Assembly: GCA_963662315.1 (NCBI GenBank) | Contig: OY759353.1 | Location: 1,632,001 to 1,696,000, forward strand | Direction of reading: 5' to 3' | Source of the DNA: Geopsychrobacteraceae bacterium | Lineage (GTDB): Bacteria > Desulfobacterota > Desulfuromonadia > Desulfuromonadales > Geopsychrobacteraceae | Length of the DNA: 64,000 nt | Notes under the pieces: generated by a model | Told to the model about the DNA's origin: nothing | Seen by the model: only the letters and a program-made list of their open reading frames with translations | Databases searched by the model: none | Shown: piece after piece, positions 21,754 through 30,931 of the stretch | Layout of the letters: each line of letters begins with the position of its first letter | How positions within the stretch are numbered: the stretch's first letter is position 1 | Position numbers and translations under genes: made by a program

Positions 21754-22509
21754 ATGGACGACAAACAAATTGAGGCCCACCGCGAATTCCTGAAGGATTC
21801 GTTACGCCAGACTATAAATTTTCGTTTTACCGATCAAAATCAGGGAGTCCCCGCCCCCCCAGTACAAAAACCACTGGCTGATGGGCAACAGTTGATCTGG
21901 CTGCCAGGGGCCGACAGCTGGAATGCTTTTCGCGGGACCGACCTGATTGATGCCCTGCTCATGCGCCAAAGCCGACGACGTTTCAAAGTCGATCAGCTCA
22001 GTCAGGCGGAGCTGTCTTTCTTGCTATGGATGACCCAGGGGATAAAGAAAGAACTGTCAGCAGGAACCGCGCTCAGAACAGTTCCATCAGCAGGCTGTCG
22101 TCACCCATTTGAAACATACCTGCTGATTACCGGGGTTGAAGGACTGGAGCCAGGCGTTTATCGCTACCTGCCCTTGGATCACGCCCTCGTGTTGGAACAG
22201 TCGGATGAGGATCTGGTTGAAAAAATTGCACCAGCAACCCTGGGGCAGGTTTTCATAGCCGCTGCTCCAGTGACCTTTGTCTGGGCGGTTCTGCCCTATC
22301 GAACCGAGTGGCGCTACCATACTGCGGCCCACCGGGTCATCCTGCTGGATGCCGGCCATGTCTGTGAGAATCTTTATTTGGCCTGTCAGGCCATTGGCTG
22401 CGGAACCTGTGCGGTAGCAGCCTTCGACCAGGAGAAAATGGATCGGCTGTTGGGAGTAGACGGCCGGGACGAATTTTCCCTGTACCTGGCCGCAGTCGGT
22501 AAATGTTGA
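21754..22509 (+). CDS. SagB/ThcOx-type nitroreductase-family dehydrogenase
   Basis: RQSRRRF, RTVPSAGCRHPFE, WRY, LDAGHVCENLYL. Confidence 0.88.
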   Translation: MDDKQIEAHREFLKDSLRQTINFRFTDQNQGVPAPPVQKPLADGQQLIWLPGADSWNAFRGTDLIDALLMRQSRRRFKVDQLSQAELSFLLWMTQGIKKELSAGTALRTVPSAGCRHPFETYLLITGVEGLEPGVYRYLPLDHALVLEQSDEDLVEKIAPATLGQVFIAAAPVTFVWAVLPYRTEWRYHTAAHRVILLDAGHVCENLYLACQAIGCGTCAVAAFDQEKMDRLLGVDGRDEFSLYLAAVGKC

Positions 22510-22556
22510 GAAGAACTAGCGAGTTGCCACCCGGAAACTCCGAAGAACAACGGCTA

Positions 22557-22700
22557 AGTTTTCAGATTGGAAACGAGCAATTTTTCGTTGTGGCAAGGTA
22601 ATCAAGGGGTTGCGCGGAGACGTAGTACTTTACGCCGCACAAGAAAACCCGCAGACTGACACCGCCACAGCGGAAAAGGGCCGTTTCTGGATGAAAACTA
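22557..22700. repeat. Palindromic MITE-like intergenic repeat, copy 1
   Basis: Terminal IR agttttca..ggaaacg / cgtttc..tgaaaact, internal hairpins; homologous to 39619-39756. Confidence 0.65.
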
Positions 22701-23342
22701 GCTAAATAAAGGAAAAACGCGGTCAATAATCTGTTGCTTAAATTCGGCCAAGGAACCACTATTGTCAAGCACCAGATCCCAATCGTGGTAACTATCCAAG
22801 GAGTTTTCACTGCTGTGATTATTGGCACCGTCAAATCCAGGGCGCACAACCCGAACAAAAAAACCTCCATGTTTTTTGATCACATTAAGCTCGTTGATGA
22901 AGCGGACATCATCAACCAGGACATGGGTCGACTGGAGATCAAGCGTTGCCAGTTTGCGCTCCCAGGCCTTGGTCCAGTAATCGGGGTCCTGAGCGCGGCG
23001 ATATTCTGTGCCCCACCATTGTAATATGCGGCGAACGGTCACGGCAGACATCCCTGCGCGATCCTGAATGTCCGCATGGGCCGCTAAAAAACCAGACCAG
23101 CTTTCACAACTGGCGAAGGCCTTATTCTCTTCGATATAAAAGACCGTCACCTTATCCTGTTGATCTCCGTAAACAAGCGGCACATATTCTTCAGCATCAG
23201 CCCGTTGTAAAAACTGCTCAACCTCTTCGCGCAATACCGTTGCCATGGGGACAACCTCGATATTCAAAGCGTCCTGCTCAAGCAGAAATTTTGCAGCGGT
23301 TGTTTTTCCTGAAGCTGCTTTGCCGGCAAACCCAACAATCAT
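22698..23342 (-). CDS. Deoxynucleoside monophosphate kinase-like protein (phage dNMP kinase type)
   Basis: Walker A GKAASGKTT, RRILQWWGTEYRR, VDDVRF.NE, HSSE. Confidence 0.75.
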   Translation of the reverse strand: MIVGFAGKAASGKTTAAKFLLEQDALNIEVVPMATVLREEVEQFLQRADAEEYVPLVYGDQQDKVTVFYIEENKAFASCESWSGFLAAHADIQDRAGMSAVTVRRILQWWGTEYRRAQDPDYWTKAWERKLATLDLQSTHVLVDDVRFINELNVIKKHGGFFVRVVRPGFDGANNHSSENSLDSYHDWDLVLDNSGSLAEFKQQIIDRVFPLFS

Positions 23343-23579
23343 TATATCTGTTTCCTTCGGTTCATTTCATGCGTTACGCGTCACAGTGCCCCAACAATCA
23401 GGGAAACTGAGTGTAAAGGAACTGTCTAAAAAATGAAATCATTGAAATCAACATTCTTCACTCAGACATACGGTAGAATATAAGGGAGATTTACCCGGGC
23501 CCGGTTGACAGAACCACAGAGGTCACTTATAAGTTAAACTACAACCTTAAATGTAATTAATAAAGAGCGAGACAAATAG

Positions 23580-25193
23580 ATGATGGAACAGGAGTCCAGA
23601 ACGATGGGTCCAAATAATGAGGCCCGCATAATGAAACTGAAAACTGCTGTCGCCCTCTACTTGATGTGCATCTTTATTTTCGTCGGCGGGACGGTTGCCG
23701 GGTTTTTAAAATTTTATGCATTCAGTACGCTTGAGCAAAGTGAACGCAAGTCACTGTATCATAAAAATCTGCAAATTATTCGCAGTATTGAAAATGAATT
23801 TGAACGCCTTGCGACCTTTGCCGTCGACTGGTCGGATTGGAACGAATCATATTGGTTCATGCAGGATAAAAATGCTGCTTACATTAAATCCAATTTCAGT
23901 GAGAAGACCCTCGATAATATAGATACACTCGGATTTCTGTATCTTGATCTGAATTTCAAAGAATTCTACAGCTATACTTATGCTGATAAGCACGCGGACT
24001 ATGATCAGGTTATTAAGCAAATTGTGGAGAAAAAAGATCTCTTTCTCTCAGCCCTTGAAACCCAGGCAGGTCAGGTAATTTTGTTCCATCCGTTGTTAGA
24101 GAAACACTATTGGTCTGTAATACGTCCAGTCCTTCCTGGGACAGGCAGCTCTTTGCAAAACGGCTACCTTGTCTTGACCCGGGAAATTAATGCAACATTT
24201 TACGCTAAATTGAGTAACCTCTTTGGTGGGCCTATCGAACCGCAAAAAAGTACTCCCTCTTCAGCATATAAATGTCTTGATACAGAAAGTTCCGGGCAAT
24301 ATTGTCAGCGTGTTGTTCTGCTTGATGCCGCCAACGCACTGCTCCAAGTTTCCATTGAAGATACAGAAAAAAAACACCCAATTTATTTACAAGCACATAC
24401 GAATCGCCAGCTCAATCAACAAATCCGGGTTGTTTTTAACAACACGTTAGCAGTTTTGTTGATTTCCGGATTACTGATTATCCTGTTGAATCTGATCATT
24501 TTAAATAAACTCGTGGTTCGCCCCATCTCTTATCTGTCACTAAAATTTACTTCATTTGCCCAGAAAAGATCTCTTCATCGTCGCCTTAAAATATTCGGCC
24601 CCGAAGAGATGCGTACCCTGACGAGTTCAGCCAATCTGATGCTGAGCGAAATTGAAACATTGCACAGCCAGGTAATAAACCTGTCGCAGACCGATGAGCT
24701 CACCGGGGTCTACAATCGCCGCTATTTTCATGAAATGTTTGCCCGAGACAAGGCACATGCCATCCGCAACCAAGAATATATTGCCCTGCTGCTGATCGAT
24801 CTCGACTATTTTAAACAATACAATGACATTTACGGTCATATCAGCGGTGACAAATGCTTGCAGACCTTTACGAAGATTCTGAAAGATAATGTCAAACGGA
24901 GAAGTGATATTATTGCCCGTTACGGTGGTGAGGAATTTATTATCCTGTTAAGCGACACCCCCCTCCCCGGGGTTCAAGCGATCTGCAAACGCATTATCAA
25001 GAAGCTTGAAGATGAAGCGATTCCCCATGAGGGCTCAGCCGTGGCCCATCACGTCACGTGCAGCATAGGCGGAATCGCTGTCATCCCAACCCAGGAAACC
25101 ACGGAAGAAAACCTGATCCTGCGGGCCGACGGGCTTCTCTACCAGGCCAAAAACGCAGGACGGAATCAATATGTCCTGAGTGACCGAATCTGA
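23580..25193 (+). CDS. Membrane diguanylate cyclase (CHASE4-like sensor, HAMP-like, GGDEF)
   Basis: DWSDWNESY, DELTGVYNRR, DLDYFKQYND.YGH..GD, RxxD I-site RRSD, RYGGEEF; start could be 23631. Confidence 0.9.
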   Translation: MMEQESRTMGPNNEARIMKLKTAVALYLMCIFIFVGGTVAGFLKFYAFSTLEQSERKSLYHKNLQIIRSIENEFERLATFAVDWSDWNESYWFMQDKNAAYIKSNFSEKTLDNIDTLGFLYLDLNFKEFYSYTYADKHADYDQVIKQIVEKKDLFLSALETQAGQVILFHPLLEKHYWSVIRPVLPGTGSSLQNGYLVLTREINATFYAKLSNLFGGPIEPQKSTPSSAYKCLDTESSGQYCQRVVLLDAANALLQVSIEDTEKKHPIYLQAHTNRQLNQQIRVVFNNTLAVLLISGLLIILLNLIILNKLVVRPISYLSLKFTSFAQKRSLHRRLKIFGPEEMRTLTSSANLMLSEIETLHSQVINLSQTDELTGVYNRRYFHEMFARDKAHAIRNQEYIALLLIDLDYFKQYNDIYGHISGDKCLQTFTKILKDNVKRRSDIIARYGGEEFIILLSDTPLPGVQAICKRIIKKLEDEAIPHEGSAVAHHVTCSIGGIAVIPTQETTEENLILRADGLLYQAKNAGRNQYVLSDRI

Positions 25194-25248
25194 TTAGCTT
25201 TTATCCGCAAACAGTCCTTTCTCCTTAGGTGTAAACAAATCATCAGGC

Positions 25249-26187
25249 TCAGGCAAACGGACTCCAGCGGTAGTGGTTACGAGGGACATTGATATCGGGC
25301 CGTGGTCCGAACCCGCTATGCCGCCAGGGTTCGATTTCACGCAACCGCCGGATTCGTTCAGCAGTCGGCGGGTGAGTACGCAGAAAACCTGGCAGCTGGG
25401 CGCCCGGAAAGATCCTCTGCCACAAAGGCCGTGAATAGGTTTCTATCTTACCAAGGGCTGTAATGAGAGCCTGTGGGCTCCCCAGCAGGTTTGCCGCACA
25501 CAGATCGGCCTGATATTCACGCACCCGTGACAAGCCCAATTGTGCCAGGGTGCTGAGCTGGGGAGCAAATATCAATAAGACCAGGGCCAGCCAGTTGATA
25601 TGAATAGTGGAAACCAGCATCAACGGCAGACTGAACAGCAGAATGAATTGCCCCACAAATGAGAACAGCGCGGTCATGCGCCCCGATAAGGCCGCCAGGC
25701 TCATGACCCGGATATCGTCATTGGCCAGATGGCTGATTTCATGCGCGACAACCGCCTCGACTTCATCACGCTCCAACAGTCTGGTCAGTCCGGCTGAGAC
25801 AGCAATAGCAGAGTTGCTTGAGCGTCCGACAGCAAAAGCATTTAACTGCCGGGAAGGCAGATAGTACAGCGCCGGGACCGACTCGAGACCTGCGCGCCGA
25901 CTTAGCTCACTGACGATTGCGTGCAACCTGGGTGCCTGAGAAACCGATAGTGGTTTGGCGCGGACCAGACGCATCACCCACTGAGGAGAGTTCACCGGGG
26001 AGAAAACCGCGAACACAACAGAAAATAAAGCCAGCCAGACAATCATGTCTCCGCCCCACAGCAACCAGCCCATAAATGCAGGATAGGCCGCAAGGAATAA
26101 TAGTAACAGGGAGGTCTGAATCCGATTGCGCAGTGAATGGGACAAGCTGTCCTGGCGATCGTGTTTAAATATATGAAGCATCTTCAA
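25249..26187 (-). CDS. htpX: HtpX-family M48 zinc metalloprotease
   Basis: NAFAVG, HEISH, SRVREYQAD, THPP..ERI. Confidence 0.85.
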   Translation of the reverse strand: MKMLHIFKHDRQDSLSHSLRNRIQTSLLLLFLAAYPAFMGWLLWGGDMIVWLALFSVVFAVFSPVNSPQWVMRLVRAKPLSVSQAPRLHAIVSELSRRAGLESVPALYYLPSRQLNAFAVGRSSNSAIAVSAGLTRLLERDEVEAVVAHEISHLANDDIRVMSLAALSGRMTALFSFVGQFILLFSLPLMLVSTIHINWLALVLLIFAPQLSTLAQLGLSRVREYQADLCAANLLGSPQALITALGKIETYSRPLWQRIFPGAQLPGFLRTHPPTAERIRRLREIEPWRHSGFGPRPDINVPRNHYRWSPFA

Positions 26188-26423
26188 TCCTTATTGATCA
26201 GATCTTTTCCTGACCTGATAGCCGTACTCCTGCGCAAGCACAAGTCCGGCGCGGTTAGCTGCTAAGCAGCATTATTTTTACCGAATTCGTCGATCTTTTC
26301 GAATCAGGCAGCGACCACATCATCCGCAACATGCGGTTTCACCTTAGCGTCGTAGGCGGCGTCCGGTTGAGGTCCCGCCTCTACCGGATTTACATCTTTG
26401 CGCGACTCCTTATTGTTCATTAT

Positions 26424-26440
26424 CTCAAAAGGCATGCCAA
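26424..26440 (-). promoter_or_regulatory. sigma54-like -24/-12 promoter facing htpX
   Basis: Minus strand TTGGCATGCCTTTTGAG (GG-N10-GA). Confidence 0.5.
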
Positions 26441-26478
26441 AGCTTTAGACCTGAGATAACGGGGGGCGCAGCTCCATG

Positions 26479-26542
26479 GCGACCAGCTGCGACGTCACGC
26501 AAACTGTCGCCCGCGACATAACTGCGACATGCCAGCTGCGAC
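26479..26542. repeat. Array of six (T)GCGAC motifs, candidate enhancer-binding-protein sites
   Basis: GCGAC at 26479, 26489, 26513, 26524, 26538 and inverted at 26506. Confidence 0.55.
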
Positions 26543-26625
26543 ACATGATTCACTGAAAATCAGCAAAAAGCGCCTAACCTTTTGAAATTGCAGAAACTTC
26601 AAGTCAAAGCAAACAGTGCAACAGG

Positions 26626-26642
26626 TTGGCACAGCCTTTGAT
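26626..26642 (+). promoter_or_regulatory. sigma54-like -24/-12 promoter facing the Hsp20 pair
   Basis: TTGGCACAGCCTTTGAT (GG-N10-GA). Confidence 0.6.
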
Positions 26643-26734
26643 AAAGACATAGGGCGACGGCACGACAACGCAGCCGTTCACCATAAAAGAAACACACAGC
26701 AGATAAACAGAAGACATTTAATAGGGAGGACATC

Positions 26735-27178
26735 ATGGCTAATTGGGATCTTTTTCAAGAAATGAACAAACTTCACAGAGAATTGGACAAAGCATTTCGC
26801 GGTTCAGGGTTCGCCTATTCAGGTCCATCGTTTTTGCCCGGCATCGGTGCAGGTGATTATCCTCGATTTAACCTGAGCGAAGATCAAAACAACTTCTATG
26901 TGGAGGCATTGGTACCAGGAATCGACCCCAAAGATCTGGATCTTAACGTGATGCAAGGCACGATTTCCCTTGCCGGAGAACGCAAAGAACATAATCTCCA
27001 ACAAGTTACCTGGCATCGCAGAGAACGGGGTGCGGGCAAATTCATGCGCAGCATTGAGCTACCGGAAAGTGTTGATATCAGCAAAATCGACGCGGAATAT
27101 CGTAATGGTGTACTGCTCATCACGCTGCCGAAGAAAGAACTGGCTAAGCCACGAAAAATCAACGTAAGTGCACAGTAA
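26735..27178 (+). CDS. Hsp20/alpha-crystallin small heat-shock protein
   Basis: ALVPGID, LAGERK, RRERGAGKFMRSIELP, AEYRNGVLLITLPK. Confidence 0.93.
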   Translation: MANWDLFQEMNKLHRELDKAFRGSGFAYSGPSFLPGIGAGDYPRFNLSEDQNNFYVEALVPGIDPKDLDLNVMQGTISLAGERKEHNLQQVTWHRRERGAGKFMRSIELPESVDISKIDAEYRNGVLLITLPKKELAKPRKINVSAQ

Positions 27179-27210
27179 CGGAATAAATACGACGATAAGG
27201 AGGCATAGCT

Positions 27211-27603
27211 ATGACACGTCAGGAATTAGCAACCTATAAAGACAATCAGGTGGAGCCAAGTGAACAAACCCGTTCGGCCGCACAGACTGTGGTTCCAGCC
27301 GTTGATATATATGAAACCGAAGAAAACCTGACTCTGATCGCAGACCTTCCCGGTGTGGATCATGACGGTCTCGATATTCAACTCGATAAAGGTCTGTTGA
27401 CCATCAAGGGCAGAGTCGGAAACACAAGAGAAGGCAAACGTTTACTCCAGGAATTTTCAGCGGCCGATTACTACCGTCAGTTCAAGTTGTCTGATCGCAT
27501 TGATGCCGAGAAAACCACGGCCGAACTTAACAGCGGTGTTTTAAAATTAATCATTCCAAAAGCAGAAGCGGCTAAACCAAGGAAAGTCGCAATCAGACAC
27601 TGA
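27211..27603 (+). CDS. Hsp20/alpha-crystallin small heat-shock protein
   Basis: PAVDIYET, ADLPGV, YYRQFKL, AELNSGVLKLIIPK. Confidence 0.93.
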   Translation: MTRQELATYKDNQVEPSEQTRSAAQTVVPAVDIYETEENLTLIADLPGVDHDGLDIQLDKGLLTIKGRVGNTREGKRLLQEFSAADYYRQFKLSDRIDAEKTTAELNSGVLKLIIPKAEAAKPRKVAIRH

Positions 27604-27638
27604 ACAACGGATCACATATATCCTAACCCTCCTTTTAT

Positions 27639-27670
27639 TTCCCCCGGATGATTTCCGGGGGAATTTTTTT
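27639..27670 (+). terminator. Rho-independent terminator after Hsp20 pair
   Basis: ttcccccgga-tgatt-tccgggggaa followed by T7. Confidence 0.85.
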
Positions 27671-28022
27671 CTCCCCCAACGCGGATCAGGCACCAGTTCA
27701 ACCAGGGTTTGCCGATTCTGAGCGGCAAGAGTTTTGAAGCTCATCGACCGTTCGACACTTCAATAGAGACATACCCCAGCATGAATGATTTCCCTGTGAG
27801 CCTGTGTTAAAACATGTGTAAAGTTCGGTTCAGGTCAGTCCTTGTCTTTCGTGTTACATTTTTTAATTCCTTTTTTCCATGAATAACCTCACTTCCCAAA
27901 TAGCGTTCTGGCTCGATCATTAGCGCTAATCCATAATTCTGTAGATTTTTATACTTTACTCACCCGCTCCTAACATTTTTCTGGTTTATGGTGTCGTGCA
28001 TTTGCCCCGAGGAGGAGTTGCT

Positions 28023-28706
28023 ATGAAACAGTCACAAACAGGATTTAGTGGAGAGCTTCCGCAAGTGTTGCTGGCGGATGTCCTTCAACTGCATGGTCTG
28101 AACGGTTTTTCGGGGGGAATATCCGTAAGACAGGAAAAGCTAAAAGGAGTCATTTTTTTCAGAGCGGGTGAGGTTGTTCACGCCGAGCAGGATGAAAACA
28201 CCGGCATCGACGCCATCTGCAACATACTCAGCTGGCAGGGTGGGGATTTTTCGTGCCACCCAAACCTACAAACTTTACACAGCACTATAAAAATGTCCCT
28301 CAGCAACCTGCTGCTCGAGTGTCACCGCAGGTTGGATGAAAACGCACAGTTCGAAAAACCACATCAATCGCAAAAGGCCGAGACCATGAATAAAACCGTA
28401 AAAAAGCTCCTGCCCATTCCAGGAGTCAACTTTGCGGTTATTACCAACAATCAAGGGCAGCCGGTTGATGATGATAGTGACAGTGCGGCACGGCTAGGTG
28501 CACAGGGGCACTATTTCAATCAGGTGGCGCAACAACTTGGCGAACTGTTTGGTGCTAAAAAGATCACCTTTACAGCAGCTGGCGGCCAGGCAGGACATTG
28601 TCTGAATTTTCGTGGCAACCAAAGGTCAGTGATTGTCGGAATTCCGGCGCATATGGACTACCTGGCCATCGAAAATGCTATTCGCTCGACTCTTGCGGAG
28701 AAATAA
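28023..28706 (+). CDS. DUF4388/PATAN-like domain + C-terminal Roadblock/LC7-like domain protein (cassette copy 1, gene A)
   Basis: GFSGEL..V.LADVLQL...G.IFF..GEVVHA...G.DAI..IL.W.GG.F...LLLE..RRLDE; C-terminal IPGVNFAVIT..QG; paralog at 62260-62943. Confidence 0.75.
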   Translation: MKQSQTGFSGELPQVLLADVLQLHGLNGFSGGISVRQEKLKGVIFFRAGEVVHAEQDENTGIDAICNILSWQGGDFSCHPNLQTLHSTIKMSLSNLLLECHRRLDENAQFEKPHQSQKAETMNKTVKKLLPIPGVNFAVITNNQGQPVDDDSDSAARLGAQGHYFNQVAQQLGELFGAKKITFTAAGGQAGHCLNFRGNQRSVIVGIPAHMDYLAIENAIRSTLAEK

Positions 28707-28715
28707 TTACTCACC

Positions 28716-30656
28716 ATGAATACGACATGCCTTGAAGAACTGGTCAAAGTACCCCACGTTGACGGTGCTTTTGTCAGCCATGAAGACGGCCGCGTCATTG
28801 TCCAGAAAATGCCGGATTTTCTTGCTCCGGAACAACTGCAAAAAGCAGCACGCCTGCTTAACCAGAACCGCAGCGCCGCCAGCACTGCTGTGGGACCGGT
28901 TGATTTTTGTGAATTCCGCTACAGTAACCAGCGGATTTTTATTTACTATCTGCCCCACGGGCAGCTTATGTTACTGTGTGGCCCACAAGCGAATCCTGCA
29001 CGGATCGCCCTTGAAGTGAATATGAAAAAAGCTGAGCTTTCAGCCTTGCTAGCAGGCGCTCAGACAGAGGGAACCGGTACAATTCATAACAATCCGTCTA
29101 TAAAGACACCACATTCCTCAACTGGAGATCACCAGCAACAGGAAAAACCCCGTGGAGCACTCATGCCGGTGTTGATCTCTGTGGCTTTTTTGTTGATTGC
29201 ACTTCTTGGTGTCGGTTTCTACTTTCTCTGGGATGAAAATCATTCACAACCCCAGATGGTGACAACTGATGGACAAAACAGGAGCAAACCGGTCACAGCA
29301 GCCACAGTTTCAGCAGCAACATCTGCGCCGCGTCCTGAAAATGAGACGATGGCCCCTCCAGCTGAAACCATATTACGACTGCATGGTTCCAATACAATCG
29401 GCGCTCGTCTTGCCCCGGCCCTGGTTGAGGACTTTCTGAAACAGGAACTGAAGGCCCAGAGGATTAAGAGTATTACCGGTAAAAATACCGATGAACAATC
29501 CATCCAAGCAGTCCTGCCGGATGGGCACAGAGTTGCTGTGGAAATTCATGCCCACGGCTCAAGTACTTCCTTTAAAGATCTGGATAGGGATCTGTGCGAC
29601 ATTGGTATGGCCTCCCGCTCTATCAAACCAAGCGAAGTCGAACAACTCAGCCGCTTTGGGGATATGACCAGCCCTGCCAGTGAGCATATTCTGGCCCTTG
29701 ACGGAATCGCTGTCATTGTTCATCCGGCCAACAATTTAGAAAAACTCTCCCAGCAGCAGATTGCGGCCATTTTTTCCGGCCAGATTCGTGATTGGTCTGA
29801 ATATCCGGCCAGCGGTCTGAGCGGGCCGATCAGAGTTATCGCCCGGGATGAAAAATCGGGGACCTGGGATACCTTCAAGCATCTGGTCCTCCAGGAACAA
29901 CCCCTTAAAAACGAAGCCGAACGGATTGAAGACAGTCGCGAACTGACAAACAAGGTTGCCACCGATACCAACGCCATCGGCTTCATCGGCTTGCCTTATA
30001 TCAAGCCGGCCAAAGCTATTTCGGTATCTGAAACCGGGACAGATGCCGTTTACCCAACCCCCTTCACCGTCGCCACCGAGGATTATCCCCTTGCCCGTCG
30101 ACTTTTTTTATACCTTCCTGAAAATACAACCAATACCCTCAGCAAAGCATTTGTTGAATTTTCCCTGGGGGCTGAAGGGCAGAAAATTGCCCAGCATATC
30201 GGCTTTGTTGAACTGCTTATCAATAAACAGCGCCCGTTGATAGCTGCAGATGCACCGCGCAGTTATATTGACAACACAGAGACTGCGGTACGTCTGTCTT
30301 TGAACTTCCGCTTCCGCAGTGGCAGCAGCCACCTTGATAACCGTGGTCTGCGCGATATTGACCGTCTGGTAAAGTTCCTGAATAATCCCGACAACCGCGG
30401 ACAGCACATCAAACTGTTTGGTTTTTCAGATAGCCTTGGCAACCGTGAGGCGAACTGTGCCTTGTCTGCCAATCGGGCACAAAAAGTGGCTTCCATACTG
30501 CAGGCGCATGGAATCTCTATTGAGACCACCCAGGGTTATTGTGATGATATGCCTGTGGCCTCCAACAAATCCGCCGCAGGGCGGGAACGCAATCGGCGTG
30601 TAGAAGTCTGGCTCGATGCGGGCAGAAACCTTCAACGCTACTCTCAAAACAACTAA
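28716..30656 (+). CDS. Roadblock-like + TM + PstS-like substrate-binding + OmpA-like domain protein (cassette copy 1, gene B)
   Basis: N-terminal VPHVDGAFV..EDG; TM about aa149-172; GSNTIG, HGSS, DIGMASR, ALDGIAVIVHP, SGT, YPLARRLFLY; GFSDSLG..LS..RA, NRRVE. Confidence 0.8.
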   Translation: MNTTCLEELVKVPHVDGAFVSHEDGRVIVQKMPDFLAPEQLQKAARLLNQNRSAASTAVGPVDFCEFRYSNQRIFIYYLPHGQLMLLCGPQANPARIALEVNMKKAELSALLAGAQTEGTGTIHNNPSIKTPHSSTGDHQQQEKPRGALMPVLISVAFLLIALLGVGFYFLWDENHSQPQMVTTDGQNRSKPVTAATVSAATSAPRPENETMAPPAETILRLHGSNTIGARLAPALVEDFLKQELKAQRIKSITGKNTDEQSIQAVLPDGHRVAVEIHAHGSSTSFKDLDRDLCDIGMASRSIKPSEVEQLSRFGDMTSPASEHILALDGIAVIVHPANNLEKLSQQQIAAIFSGQIRDWSEYPASGLSGPIRVIARDEKSGTWDTFKHLVLQEQPLKNEAERIEDSRELTNKVATDTNAIGFIGLPYIKPAKAISVSETGTDAVYPTPFTVATEDYPLARRLFLYLPENTTNTLSKAFVEFSLGAEGQKIAQHIGFVELLINKQRPLIAADAPRSYIDNTETAVRLSLNFRFRSGSSHLDNRGLRDIDRLVKFLNNPDNRGQHIKLFGFSDSLGNREANCALSANRAQKVASILQAHGISIETTQGYCDDMPVASNKSAAGRERNRRVEVWLDAGRNLQRYSQNN

Positions 30657-30931
30657 GCCTTTGAACTGCTGTCACTGGACCGGAACTCCGGTTCAGTACA
30701 GCAGCAAGGGCAGTCAATCGAGCCATATCAAGATATCAGGACACGATCTTAAGCCTTTCTCTGCTGATCACCTGTTAACCAATGTTCTTGCCGCAAGCAG
30801 CGGAATGTTCTATTCCTGGCACACTCTTTATGTTATGCAGTCTCAACTGTTATCATCGCAATAAACGCTGCAATCCAAAATACTGGTAGCTCGTAGGGAA
30901 AAGCCCCTGCGGAAAAGTAAAGAGAACTCTC

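Noticed and set aside
21490..21780. Cys-rich minus-strand ORF (KCCSECC...) next to the SagB-like gene, a possible RiPP precursor
   Set aside because: It overlaps two real genes, has no clear SD, and no YcaO, protease or transporter is nearby; stand-alone SagB-type nitroreductases are common.
26304..26420. 38-aa minus-strand ORF ending ...ADDVVAA*, reminiscent of an ssrA tag
   Set aside because: No tRNA-like tmRNA ends, no SD, and its ATG lies upstream of the predicted sigma54 TSS.
26479..26542. Short repeats considered as a CRISPR array
   Set aside because: Units are 5-6 bp with irregular short spacing and there are no cas genes.
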